From positions 10,692,678 through 10,756,677 of the forward strand of contig NC_068990.1 of NCBI RefSeq assembly GCF_001194135.2: DNA of 64,000 nucleotides. The letters are read 5' to 3'. Of the stretch, positions 40,881-53,856 are shown piece after piece. The notes beneath the pieces were generated by a model that was not told where the DNA came from, ran no database searches, and saw only the letters and a program-made list of their open reading frames with translations. How positions within the stretch are numbered: the stretch's first letter is position 1; every line of letters begins with the position of its first letter. The stretch is from Octopus bimaculoides. Lineage: Eukaryota. A program made the position numbers and the translations under genes.

Positions 40881-41164
40881 GGGATGTACCGAAATACTTG
40901 GTAAAAAATTTAATTACTTATTAATTAATTGATTAATTAATTAATGAATTTTACCTTTTTTATTATTATTGAAACTATAATTTACTCCGTGACAAAGAAC
41001 TGCAGATTCTGCGGGATTGCTCGTGACACACACGTGGTTACTGAGGATAAATACGCGCTCACATTCGGCAGTATATTTTTGGAAGTGCGGTTGAATATCG
41101 GTTATGCGATGGCGCTTGATCGCGCACATATTTAGTCTTAGGTCTCTCAATGTGTATTTCGAAA

Positions 41165-41234
41165 TCCTGCACTGAAGATGAGAAAGAAGTAAATAAATAT
41201 AACTTTACTTTAATCTCGAAAGGCGTATGTTTTT
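41165..41234 (+). ncRNA. Degenerate sister hammerhead in the right arm
   Basis: tcctgca-CTGAAGA (41172-41178)-t-GAGA...TCTC-GAAA-GGCGTA-tgttttt. Stem III has C replaced by G and the 3' strand of stem I has decayed. Confidence 0.65.
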
Positions 41235-41412
41235 AATCTGAGTCGTGTGGATTCGTAATTTTTGTTTCTTTTTGCTTACGTAAAAAGTGTGTTACTGTCT
41301 GGGAGATCTTTATAGTAGTAGAAAAGGCATTTAACTACTATTCCTAATTCCGTGCACGGTGAAGCAATTAGCTATGTTTATAATTTTATAATTATAGAAT
41401 ATTAGTATAATC

Positions 41413-41466
<54 letters not shown>

Positions 41467-41469
41467 TGT

Positions 41470-41612
41470 GTGTGTTCCTTCCAGTGTTCATGTAGCAGAA
41501 TCACTCAGAAAGCTTTGCTCGATCTGGCATAGCTGAAGAAACGTGCCCAAGATAACATAGTTGAACGCGAGAGATTATGGTTGACAATCGAGTTTCTTAA
41601 CCATAGTGCCAA
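41470..41612 (-). mobile_element. SINE family C head (degenerate)
   Basis: gaagaaacgtgcccaag...ttatggttgacaatcgagtttcttaacca, next to a (TG)n tract. Confidence 0.5.
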
Positions 41613-42139
41613 GGGCCTGCCTGAAAGTCGAAACAACAAACAATTTTGACATCCTTACATAAACTAAATTCTAATGCTCACTGCTGTTCGGTCCCTGCTG
41701 TTCGTTACTGTAAGTAATGGAAATTTAGTGTCATGACTGTACAAATCTGAAGCTTGTTCGTATTAGCCATTCCTCATTTACGGTAGTTAGAGCTGCAAGC
41801 GTAAGCATTTCTTTATCAATACCTACATATCAATCTTCCCGAATACACACACACACACACACTCATGCATAAGCGCACGCGTCTATGTGTGTGGGTGTGT
41901 GTGTGTGTGTGTGTGTGCGTGTGCGCGTGTGCGCGCGTGTGCGTGTTAATATATGTGTATATGCATATGTTTCTTAACAATCCACGAATTAAAATTTTGT
42001 TTCGAAATATCGAAATATTTTACGACTCTTCTAATGCTATGAATTTTTCAGTTTTAACGCTAGAGGAATATTCAATATTCTTTGAACAATGGTCAGTCAG
42101 GGTTGTATATATAATATACACTCATTCCCGTATTCATTT

Positions 42140-42700
42140 TCGAGGCTGTTACTAATAATTCCCTTCAATTTTTACTGGTGTACTTATACAACAAATTTCA
42201 ATTCACTACCATCCGTTCGCATATTTCCATAGCATTTCATAAATTTTTGATGTAAACGAGTATCATCTTAACATTCTCCAGTATATCCCAAATGGGTTCT
42301 AGCACAAGATTTATTAACCATAATCTAACTTGTACCATCTAGCAGAGTTTTACGCTCCAATTTTAATTTGCCGTATTCTTCTTTCTAAAATGCTCTTTCA
42401 TGTTTGTGTCATTTATCTTATCCAGTTCTGCTATACGTAAGTAATTATATCCTTGATATATCTACTTGATTCATGAATTCCGACCTGGTAATTGTATCAC
42501 ATTATTTCGCATCATCTTTCTTCCCTTATTTATTAAAACTCCACGCATTTTAATCACAAATCGATCCTAATATCTTTACTCATTCCAGATCATCTTTGTG
42601 GTAACGTATCTGTTTGATCTGCTCTCTTTATGAATAGTTTCAAGTCATCCCTAAAGAGGTGATTTATTTTATGTTTCTTTATTAATAATATAGCAATTAT
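42140..42700 (-). mobile_element. Second R4/Dong-type RT remnant
   Basis: KHKINHLFRDDLKLFIK..MSKDIRID..KC..INKGR..IQLP..YNYLRIAELDKI..MKEHF. Confidence 0.7.
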
Positions 42701-43041
42701 CTTGTATTTCTAGCAATGTTAAAATATCCTTACATGTCAAACAAAGCAAATGATGCGAGCCATCAAGCTGATGGCTTGTGCCAGGCTGATAAAATATTGC
42801 TCATCATTTTAGCACAATGGCTTACATTTGTTTTTCATTTCTTATACTATTTAATTAACTTCTTATACTTTCTATTGTAAGCGTCATTTCTACAATCTGT
42901 ATAATGTAGAGATAACTATCACTGTCATGTACATTATCAAAAAGACATAGTATCATCATCATCAGCATTATAATTATTATTGTTATTGTTGTTGTTGTTA
43001 TATTTGATATTATCATTAACATAATATTTATTATTCATATG

Positions 43042-43106
<65 letters not shown>

Positions 43107-43107
<1 letters not shown>

Positions 43108-43475
43108 GGAAAAAATGCTTTCTAATTGATGTATCAATACCAGCAGATGACAACGTTTCCATAAAAGAGATGGAGAAACTTTCAAAATACAAAGACCTGG
43201 AAATAGAGGCAACTCGAATGTGGAATCTAAAAACAGAAACAATTCCTATCATAATCGCACCGATTAGGTATAATAAAAAAAATTATTCAGACAAATACAT
43301 AACAAAAACACCAGGACTTACAAATATATATAACATACAGAAAATTTCACTGCTGGCCACTGCACACATCCTACGCAAAACACTTTCAATATAGTAACCA
43401 TAAGAGCATCACGGCAAACCACAGCACATACCCAAGGCATACAGAGCTGCGCTCGGTAGTGAAGTGAAAGCACGT

Positions 43476-43478
<3 letters not shown>
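43107..43478 (+). mobile_element. 5'-truncated R4/Dong 3' end (RLE family A) embedded in (TAA)n
   Basis: KCFLIDVSIPADDNVSIKEMEKLSKYKDLEIEATRMWNLKTETIPII...HILRKTLSI* plus 3' UTR. Flanked by (AAT)n at 43043-43106 and 43477-43538. Confidence 0.9.
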
Positions 43479-43538
<60 letters not shown>

Positions 43539-44391
43539 CCGAGGTGTTGCCGTTGCTGTCAATGGTCGTTGAATGGATCGTTAGTGCCAATATTGGTGAT
43601 ATTAATATAAATTCTGTATATCTCTCACGTAAAGGGGATGGCGTTAGGACATAGAACATTGCGTTATTTACTATAGTTGAACCATTTGCATACACTTGTA
43701 GTGCATAATAGATGTTGTCGTGTATATATCGGCTATGGGTGACACAAATACGAGTGCTTGTATGCACCAAAACTCTATGTCACGTGTTCTCGCATGCCAA
43801 AAAGCACGCAGTGTTCTACATTCTAACACAACATCCACTTTACGAGCGCGAAATATATCACATTTTGGTATTAATATTGTTTTTGTCGCTATCAATTATT
43901 TTCGCGAAATTCTATGATTTTACAGTTTTTTTTTCTTTACTGAATATATTCCCTCCTCTATTGAATCCAGTTCTGTATGTATTGCTTCATATGGATACGA
44001 AAGTTTGATGTGCGAATTCATATGACTTATGAGGGCGTGGACCTAACTGCTTGTTTCTATAAAGGTCTTCATACGTCGCTATTATCATTCCTGCTGTCTA
44101 TGTTTTAATACAAATACGCTAGCTTTCTCTGTCTCCAGATATTTATTAATGCACAACTTCCCCATTTAAAAAATAATACATTAAGGCGTGTTGGAACTGA
44201 CATTTGAACAGAAAATCGTTTCGTTTCTTCACGCTAATTAATATCAATGTTTTGTCTTGTAACTTACTGCGTTCTTTTTAGTCACTGAAAACATTTCTTT
44301 TGTTCGTATGGGTCGTATATACATCCATCCATACATCATATTCGCAAGCGCGCACGCATATATGTATATGTATATATAAATACATACATAC

Positions 44392-44422
<31 letters not shown>

Positions 44423-45582
44423 TATNNNNNNNNNNNNNNNNNNNNNNNNNNNNNNNNNNNNNNNNNNNNNNNNNNNNNNNNNNNNNNNNNNNNNNNNNNN
44501 NNNNNNNNNNNNNNNNNNNNNNNNNNNNNNNNNNNNNNNNNNNNNNNNNNNNNNNNNNNNNNNNNNNNNNNNNNNNNNNNNNNNNNNNNNNNNNNNNNNN
44601 NNNNNNNNNNNNNNNNNNNNNNNNNNNNNNNNNNNNNNNNNNNNNNNNNNNNNNNNNNNNNNNNNNNNNNNNNNNNNNNNNAATTAGAATATATTCAGTG
44701 CTGAATATTATTCTGTATAAGCACATGTTACCGAGATGCAACCGGATAAATTCAAATCTCTTTCAGGGATATATAATTGTGAACAGAAGTCATCGATGCT
44801 GTGATGGCTACATCGTGGTAGGTTGATTCTTGTTTATTTTTATATATCTTGACCATACGTATACTGATGAACAAAAGAATACAGGTTACTTCACAGTTTT
44901 TTCTGTATTTGATTGAGAAACCAGTGGTCTACAGTTGAGTTAAATGTTTTTAAGAGATACATTTTGAAAGCTGCATTCCCTCGCTTTCGGTAAACATGTT
45001 GCTTATTTTTGGTAGTTTTTTTTACTTATTTAGTCCCTCGAAGCGTGTGGCATCAATACACAGTTAATGCCCTTTATATATAATTATATATATATATATA
45101 TGTACAGCTGCATCCAAGATATTGCGACCAAGCGACGGAACCAGCAGCCCACCGCCTTTTAGGACTATTTCTCCCTCGCTTAGTGAGATTTTAGAACTAG
45201 CATTTTTGTTTGAGGCAAAATCAGCGATTGTGTGTCGTTTGAAACTATAGGTATTGCGAGCAGAAGCAAGCGACTGCCATTTGTAGGAGACTAGGTGTCC
45301 AGTATTGAAGAGAGGTACAAATAGACCGAAATCAGGCTGGTTTCCTGGTCCCATTGCCCCATCAGCTCGCATTAAAAACGGATGTCTTTCGACTAAGGAC
45401 AAATTAAATTAAGCTGGCGTGTGTGGAAGTAAAGCCTGTTATTTTTATTTGTGTACCAATTCTCCGTTTTCTTTCCGTCCTTATTTTCTTCGTATCGTCT
45501 GTCTAGAGTCTAACAGCTGTCCTTCCGTAGCACTTACATAACCTTACCCCCCTGTTGGATCTTTTGGATACTAAAACGTCTC

Positions 45583-45630
<48 letters not shown>

Positions 45631-47464
45631 TGATAGAGAGAGAGAGAAAGATGTGTGTGTGTGTGTATGTGTGTGTGGGGGTGCGTGTGTGTGTGTGTGT
45701 GTGTGTCTTTCGAATATTAACTATATATTGCATTCAGGCCCTACTAGAAAAGATATGTCTTTCTGCGCTGTTTCTTTTTCGATATCACCTTATTGTACTC
45801 TTTCTCTCCCACTCTTGGTACTGATGAATCACTACGGATTAAATTGTCGACAAGAACCACTCTTTCACTGGAAAATTAAAAAGTAGAACCAAAGTAATTA
45901 TTTCCATTACAGTTGTTTGAGACACTAACCATTTAATGAGATCTCTTATGTGTAAAGACAGTTTACATCACTCCTAGTCTCGACTGGATTAATTTCTTCT
46001 TATCCCCAACAAACGCTTCAGTTTCCATCTTATGCGTCTTTTAAGACGAAAGAACATTCACTTGTTTTGTTTGGTTTGTATATCCATTAGTGTTACATTT
46101 TTAAAGATTGTACAACTTCATATTTATACAATTTCTCATTAAATATTTTGTGATACTTTGAAGTTTAAAATGATACAAGCCACTCTATATTCCTCATAGA
46201 TATTAATATTGCATAATTTCGTATACTTAATTCTAGATACCTTTTTATTTCATGCTACTTCACTTAGTAATAAGCTTTATAGACGTTCAGATAGAGTATT
46301 CAAACTTATTATTTTACTTCTGTTGTAAATATTAATCGGATGCGTAAAATTTTCCTTCATAGCTATTGTAATTTTTCTTTCATTGCCTCCTAAGATTTTT
46401 GAATTTAGATCCGTGCCAGGAGTAATTACTCCATCGCTGTCACATGATATTTCACACCTTATTCAGCAGTGCAATTTTCAAACTAATCAGCACCGCTTTC
46501 GTTCTGAATGAATGAACAGTGTGTGGTAGTGCTTCTATTTGCATACAATTTGATAACAATTCATTTGAATAAAACATGTTTTATGATACTTCTACAGAAC
46601 CTTTATCTCAATCTGGTCGTTTTTTTTACATGCTCGATAACATTCATGGTGCCAGATCAAAAGGAAGTTCTCTTGGACTTCCTTTTCCTAATACGGACAG
46701 GTGTGTATACATTAGTTTCTGGTGTCCCTTGTATTCTCGTCTCCCATTTCATGACATTTGATTCATCTTCCGCGTGCTCGTTCTTCTGTACATATGGCTG
46801 ATACTAATTCAATTATGGCGTTCACAAAGTCCTACAAATTATATAATCATTCATTAAAAGCAGAAGCCAGAAGTTCGGAGTTTTATTATACCGAATCTTC
46901 TAATATTACAACAAAACAACAACAAAGACGACAGAAACAACAACAAATGCAATAGTTACTGCTACTGCTAGTATTACTGCTGCTACAACGAAGTAGTGTG
47001 TAGCAATAGTAATAGACTTTATTGAATAGACTTATAATGCTTGATGTGACAGCGGCAACGCTGGAAAAATAGGATGTCATTAAATATGATGGTGGAGGTA
47101 AGGAGAGGTAGAGGTGTTGTGATGAATGATAACAAACAGATGAGAAAGGTAAACAAAGAATATATAAAAGAATATATAATGCAAACATAAACAACAAAGA
47201 ACAACAGAAAATAAGCCATGACTGTTTGGAAATTAGCTACAGGCTGTGGGATAATTAAACACTGTCATATTAGGTTTTTCATCCTCGCCGTTGATAAGAT
47301 ATCGGTGCTGCTGATTATGACGGTGGTGGCGCTACAGGTTTGTATTGTTGCTGTTGCTGCTGTTGCTGTCATTGTTACTTCTTCTGCCTTTATTGCTGAA
47401 CGTTTCTTCTGGTGCCAGGGATACGATAACTGTGTTGATGTTATTTCCTGTTTGGTGTATATCA

Positions 47465-47750
47465 TTTCTTCTTCTTCTTCTTCTTTTTCTTCTTCTTCTT
47501 CTTCTTCTTCTTCTTCTTCTTCTTCTTCTTCTTCTTCTTCTTCTTCTTCTTCTTCTTCTTCTTGTAATTGTTGTTGTCGTCGTTGGCGAATTTGCAAGAT
47601 CCTCGAGGAAACTGTTTAGTGTTACTTCTGCCAGCTTTTAGTTGCGACTTCAAATGCTGCAAAATTGAACTCCGCCTTTCATTCTTTCTGGGTCGAGGAA
47701 ATATGTACCAGTTCAGTATTGCTGTCAAAGTACGCGCGAAAATGTCATGT

Positions 47751-47781
<31 letters not shown>

Positions 47782-47817
47782 TTATTATTATTATTATTCT
47801 TATTCTTCTTCTTCCTC

Positions 47818-47852
<35 letters not shown>
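47465..47852. repeat. Compound (TTC)n/(TTA)n microsatellites enclosing a degenerate SINE A copy (47588-47725, +)
   Basis: Direct reading; gcctttcattctttctgggtcgaggaaatatgtaccagt core. Confidence 0.85.
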
Positions 47853-47853
<1 letters not shown>

Positions 47854-48524
47854 GCCGAGGCTTGTAAATTGACAGTCTGTTAGATACATTTGTCACCAGA
47901 GAGAAAAATTTTCATCATAATTATTTCTCTGCATCTTTTAATGGTCTATTATGCTTTTAATTCATGTTCGTTGTCGGCTGACGCGTGTGGTCTTGGTTTT
48001 CTAAAGTTTTTGTCAGTAAAAGCAAATTTATTCTAGTAACACATGTCTTAAGATTCTCCATTCATCTTTAATTTTTATATCATAGAAATAGTATCCAACA
48101 TTCTAAGCACACAAATATTTTATATTCCCCAAAATAGCCATTAAACTTTGCTGATGGAATTATGAAATTTTTCATATCTGTCTGGCTCTTTATGTGCAAA
48201 GACTATGATAATTGAAAAGTTGATATTTAGAATTTTCAAATAGCATATATAATCAAATAGTTAAAGCAAGTAAAGATAAACAGTTAGTTATAGGAATCTG
48301 TAGCTAGACGAAGGTACAGCAATACAACTAATTTTAATGCAGGTTCCTATCTGTAAGGAGCTCCAGGGAGTTATATCAAGCGAGAGTGACAAACTTTTGC
48401 ATGTACACATTTCCCTTTAACAAATAATGCTAATTTATTTCTAGCGCTCACAATAGCTATGAATGTGAAATCGTTTCCATGTCAAAAATATATTATGTCA
48501 AACACACAGATGCAAATCACATTG

Positions 48525-48560
<36 letters not shown>

Positions 48561-48570
48561 ACACACACAT

Positions 48571-48603
<33 letters not shown>

Positions 48604-49719
48604 GATATATATATATTCAAATAATGCATTGGATCAGACTATTCGTATTACACGAATACACATATGCATGCACATAGATTTTAAGCACGTACACACATTT
48701 AAATGCTCACAGTATGTATAACCACAAGCAAAACAGTTTAAAATTGTATGGAAATCAAAGAAACTAAGTAAAAGGCATTTACATATTTAGAAACCGCTGT
48801 CGTGCTGGCAGCATTAAAACTGATAAAGATTTATGAAACAGAATAAATGTTGCAGCGTCCGTGTTTGGTAAATCCCAGGTGTGTGGGTATTGTATAGAAT
48901 GTAAAGAAACGAAGAAAACAAAATTTAGAGAAGTACCAGCTTGAGTTGGTGATTGCAGAAACTATGTCCGATGAAGACACTTGCAAAACATATTTTCTTC
49001 TGCAGTCGTTTTAATATTCAAGTCCTCCTCTAATTAAAATGGAGGGATTGGGCTCCTTCTACCATTTGATAAAGGCAGAAAAAACTACACTAGAACCCAC
49101 AATGGACAAGAAATATAGGTTGTTGCAGTACATGCGTTTGTGGTTGTATCAAAGGATATCTTGAAATCATTGAAACAAATATCAAATTTGTAAGAAACAA
49201 TGGATTTCAATGATAACAATGTACGTTTCACAAGATTTTAAGAATTATCGAAGAAAGAAAAGACATCAAATGTTTCTGCTGAAACATGCAACAGGAAAAC
49301 CACAACTGTGTGCATGTTCATACAAGTGTCGTTCGGACCTTTTTTCACTAACTACTAAGCAGGTTGCTTTATGCATGTATCATGAAATCTTTAAATAATC
49401 TTGTGTTAAGAGAAGATTTGATTGTATGTGAAACATAAAGATACAAATATGTAAACGGCGTGGAAGGTATTAAACAGAAGACACACACAAAAACACAAAT
49501 GCAAATGTGGATATACACCAAAGTTCTTTCGATTGAAAAATGTTTCTTAAAATATTATAAAAAGTAAGAGCAAAATTGAAAGTTTGCACGAGGATAGTTT
49601 ACCCAGCTTTGCCCATGATCGTATTTGAATATAGATAAAACAATATATTTTTCCAAGATATATTTGAATGTTGTAAGAGTGAGATATCAAAAACATCCTT
49701 AAAAGACGTTATTTGTTTC

Positions 49720-50392
49720 AAATTTTGTCAGAAGGCCAGTAAATCTGGAGGAGGGGCGAAGTCAATTACATCGACCCCAGTGCGTAACTGGTACTTATTT
49801 TATCGACTCCGAAAACATGAAAAGTAAAGTCGAAATCGGCGGAATTTGAATTTAGACCGTAAAGAGGGACGAAATGCCCCTAATCATTTTCCCGTTGTAC
49901 AAAAGATTCTTATTTCTTTATTACCCAGAAGGGGCTAAACATAGAGGGACAAACAAGGACAGACGAAGGGATTAAGTCGATTATATCGACCTCAGTGCAT
50001 AACTGGCATTTAATTTATCGACCCCAAAAGGATGAAAGGCAAAGTCGACCTCAGAGGAATTTGAACTCAGAGCGTAAAGGCAGACAAAATACCGCTAAGC
50101 ATTTCGCCCACCGTGCTAACGTTTCTTATTTCTTTATTGCGCACAAGGGCTAAACATGGAGGGAACAAACAAGGACAGACAAAGGGATTAAGTCGATCAC
50201 ATCGACCCCAGTGCGTAACTGGTACTTAATTCGTCGACCCCGAAAGGATGAAAGGCAAAGTCTTACTCGGCGGAATTCCTCAGAACGAAACAGCAGACGA
50301 AATACCGCGAAGCATTTCATCCGGTGTGCTCACGTCTCTGCCAGCTGACAGCCTTCATGTGTGCAAACGCTTCTACCAGCTCATTTCCTTCC
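49720..50392 (-). mobile_element. Head-to-tail trimer of SINE A-related units (period 215-216 bp) plus an extra duplicated head
   Basis: The core gtc(g/a)at..atcgac occurs at 49761, 49976 and 50192. Junctions ttcttatttcttta lie at ~49907 and ~50123. Heads lie at ~50330-50355 and ~50361-50392. Confidence 0.9.
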
Positions 50393-53300
50393 TTAAAGAC
50401 AGTATTGTTAGAAAGACAAATACGTAAGACGAATGAGTGAGAAAAATGTCAACTATACACAATATATATTGAGTCTGTTGCCGTTATTAAATTTCTGGAA
50501 TGTCTTGGGAAGAACAGAACCAACTGTCTCATCATACAATCATACAAAGAAATATTTAATTTTTCGTTGGAAAAGAACCTATGCAAAACAGAGCATAGGT
50601 TGTATGGGAAGAATTGTGTTGTGTGAGATGTGTATGTGTTTATGAATGATCACAACATATAGCACACATTATTTACTTAGACAGTTACAGCGAATGAAAA
50701 AGAAAGTTAATTAAATTTAAAATTTTGAATATTACTGCCATTGAAATTAGACAGAATTTAGGTTTCAACAGGGACAGCTTTAAGAATGTACAATAGAATA
50801 TCAGTTTAGATTAAAATTTATAGACATGGGTTTTTGTTTGTATAAAAAATACCATGCATCCTTAAGAAGCTATTAAGAGCAATGATGGCGTAATAGTATG
50901 TTTAAAGTGTACGTTTTTAATGTAAAAGTAATATTTGTGAATACATAGGTGTAATTTATGATAAAACTAAAAGGACTACCAAATCTATCCATCTACGATG
51001 GAGGCTGAAATTAAAAGAGGGAAATCATAAGAACGGTATGTATTGAGAAATGTGTAAATGGTCTTGATAGACTATTGGGTGACTATTGTTGGTTATACAG
51101 TATTCTATTGCAGCTATATGACATGTATTTGCGACTAAGTGACATGTGATGACGAATCATTCCCGAACTGAAATGAGCTCCCAGCCTCTGTATCATGAAT
51201 GGTTATGTGGACCACTCCTAACGAAAGCTAGAGCTTCCTTCGACCACTACATACAATATATTAAGAAAATAATGTTATTTAGATATACTTTTATGTTAGT
51301 TGCTTACACTACTTTACTTGTTTATAATCTTATACATTGCAAGTTCGCAAATTACCTTTTTTTAAATTATGACTCATATTCCTTTCGATAATATCAATAT
51401 GATTACAAAACATCTTTGTAAACATTTTCTGTTTGGTCGACACTAATTTTCAAATTACTGGAGTCCGTTGCTCTAACTCATATGATAGTTCTAGTTAAAA
51501 AATCAACAGGAAATATTAAATACCATTTAAAAGAAAATTAATGGCAAGTATTGTATGATAGAACTATAGAGTGAAATACCGTATCTAAGACAAATTGCAG
51601 AATAAGGTTTAGAATCTGATGCATTAATATAGGAATAAAAACCACACATTATTAGTATAACCAAGAAATTGCGTATCAGTATACTAAATTTCAAACTGGA
51701 ATAATGAATATTTTAAGGATTCCGGACCCTACTAACTAGCAGTAATGCTGCGTACAATATTCGCAACAGAATAGAGAAGGGAATTGTATATGTTAAATTT
51801 GAGAATAATATTAATATAAATGAGTAGAGTCTTCATGAAATAACGAAATATAGACATAGAAAATATAATTTGCAATCGCTTTGGAAGGAGAATAATAACA
51901 TGGATTATAAACATGAGACAATATTGTATGTTGCGGAGATCAGCAAAACTAGATGCTTTTATAAAGTCGGTGTTGATGTGACATATTATTAAATATAGGC
52001 AGAACACATCCAGAGAATATGATTAAGCATAGATAGACATGAGGTATCAGATCGACAAATAGCTGTGATACGTTGAGAAATTCATGGATGTCTGCATTAA
52101 GAGTTAGGAGATTTTAGGCAATAATGTATGATACGAAACATAATATATTTGTACGGATATTTATAATTGATTTTGTTGATACAATATACGTTTTATAGCC
52201 CTCGTGCTTTTTGTTCTGAAGAAGTTGTTTTAAATTTTACAGAACAGTTTTCACCTAAACATTTTCCGTCGTGTACTTATTTTTCGGTTTGTCAATTTAA
52301 AGAGTCTTCTTGAACATTAAGTGTATTGTTTCCTTTTTGTAATGCTAACAAATAAGCACATACTCACGCATACATATATTTCACAACAATTATATTCCCT
52401 TCAGTTACTTCGCTCAATGAATAACGAGAATCCATTTGAATTCAATGTTGACAGAGTTGCTTATAAAACTAAACAACATGATATAACATAAAACGCAGCT
52501 CTAATGGCGATGTATGAGGAATAGGTGCAAACATGTTATACGTATTCATACATACATATATATTCCGACTTGTGTGTGTATATATGGAAATCTATCTATT
52601 TAGCTATCTATCTATTTATGTATCTGTCTATCTAGTTAGCTATGTATATATGCATGTGTGCAAGTGTGTATGAGTGTGTGTGTGTGTGTAGATGAGTGTA
52701 CGTAAAAGTGATTATAAACAATGCAATATGCTTGCGGATAGAAAAACATAACAAAAAGCACTATATACATTTTTCTAACCACATTGGAGTTTTCTTAATT
52801 ATCCAGGAATACATTAATTCTAAATCCACTGATGTTAGTGCAAAAATGAAGTTTGATACTGCAAATAACAGTACTGAACGATTTCATAACAGCTTGTTTG
52901 AATATTAGAAAAAAAGAGGTGTGTGATAAATGTGTATTACATCGGGGCTACAATACACGCACGCACACACATACTCTTTCTCTCTATCTCAATCTCTCAC
53001 TCTCACACACATACATACATGTATACATATATATACATTTATATATATGAGGGTGCGCTGCATTTGAGTGTTTTTTATTTATCTATCCTTGTATTTATTT
53101 GTCCTTAGTAACTAACAAATATTTCCCTATCTGCTTCTATTACTTTCTTTCAACAACTTCATCTGCTACTCAGGGAATGATGATAATGGATTTTTTAAAT
53201 TAAATTCGAACTGCATTTCAGAATATATGGTATAAATTCCTGCATCTATTTCTCCTCAATTTATTCATGACAAAATCCTCATTTACTTATTTTTGTTTCT

Positions 53301-53419
53301 TTATCATGATAACCATCATCCCCATCATCATTATCTTTATACTGATTACCACTCTCATCCTTTGTTCACCTCCTCCTCATTAACATCATTGTTCACTTAT
53401 TCTTTTCTGCTCTAAGAAG

Positions 53420-53856
53420 AAGGCCCGAAATTTTGGAGGTGGAGCCCAGTCGATTAGATCGTACCCAGTACGTAACTGGTATTTAATTATCACCGAAATG
53501 ATAAAAGTCAAAGTCGACCTCGGTGGAATTTTAACTCCAAACGTAAATACAGATGAAGTACCGCTAAGCATTTCGACCGGCGTGCTAACGATTCTTGTTT
53601 CTTTACTGCCCACAAGGAGCTACACACAGAGGGGTCAAACAAGGACAGACAAAGGAAATAAGTCGATTATATCGACCCCAGTGCGTAACAGGAACTTATT
53701 TAATCGACCCCGAAAGGATAAAAGGCAAATTTGAACTCTGAACGTACAGACTGACGAAATAGCGCTAAACATTTCGACCGGCGGGCTAACGCCTCTTATT
53801 TCTTTATTACCCACAAGGGGCTAAACATAGAAGGGACAAAGAAGACTCACCGCCTT
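53420..53856 (-). mobile_element. Second SINE multimer (about 2.3 units, period about 213 bp)
   Basis: Cores at 53449 and 53662. The same junction occurs at ~53591 and ~53793. Terminal ctcaccgcctt head remnant. Confidence 0.88.

Larger units (their letters stand above)
40627..41411. repeat. Long inverted repeat: arms 40627-40897 and 41154-41411, spacer about 256 bp
   Basis: The arms align by eye along their length, e.g. agttaaatgccttttctact...aaagatct.ccagacagtaacacactttt(t)acg. Each arm carries a hammerhead motif. Confidence 0.9.

Noticed and set aside
51732-52100. Hydrophobic minus-strand ORFs (also 57246-57512) suggestive of GPCR transmembrane segments
   Set aside because: AT-rich DNA yields I/F/L/Y-rich frames by chance, and no family motif was recognised.
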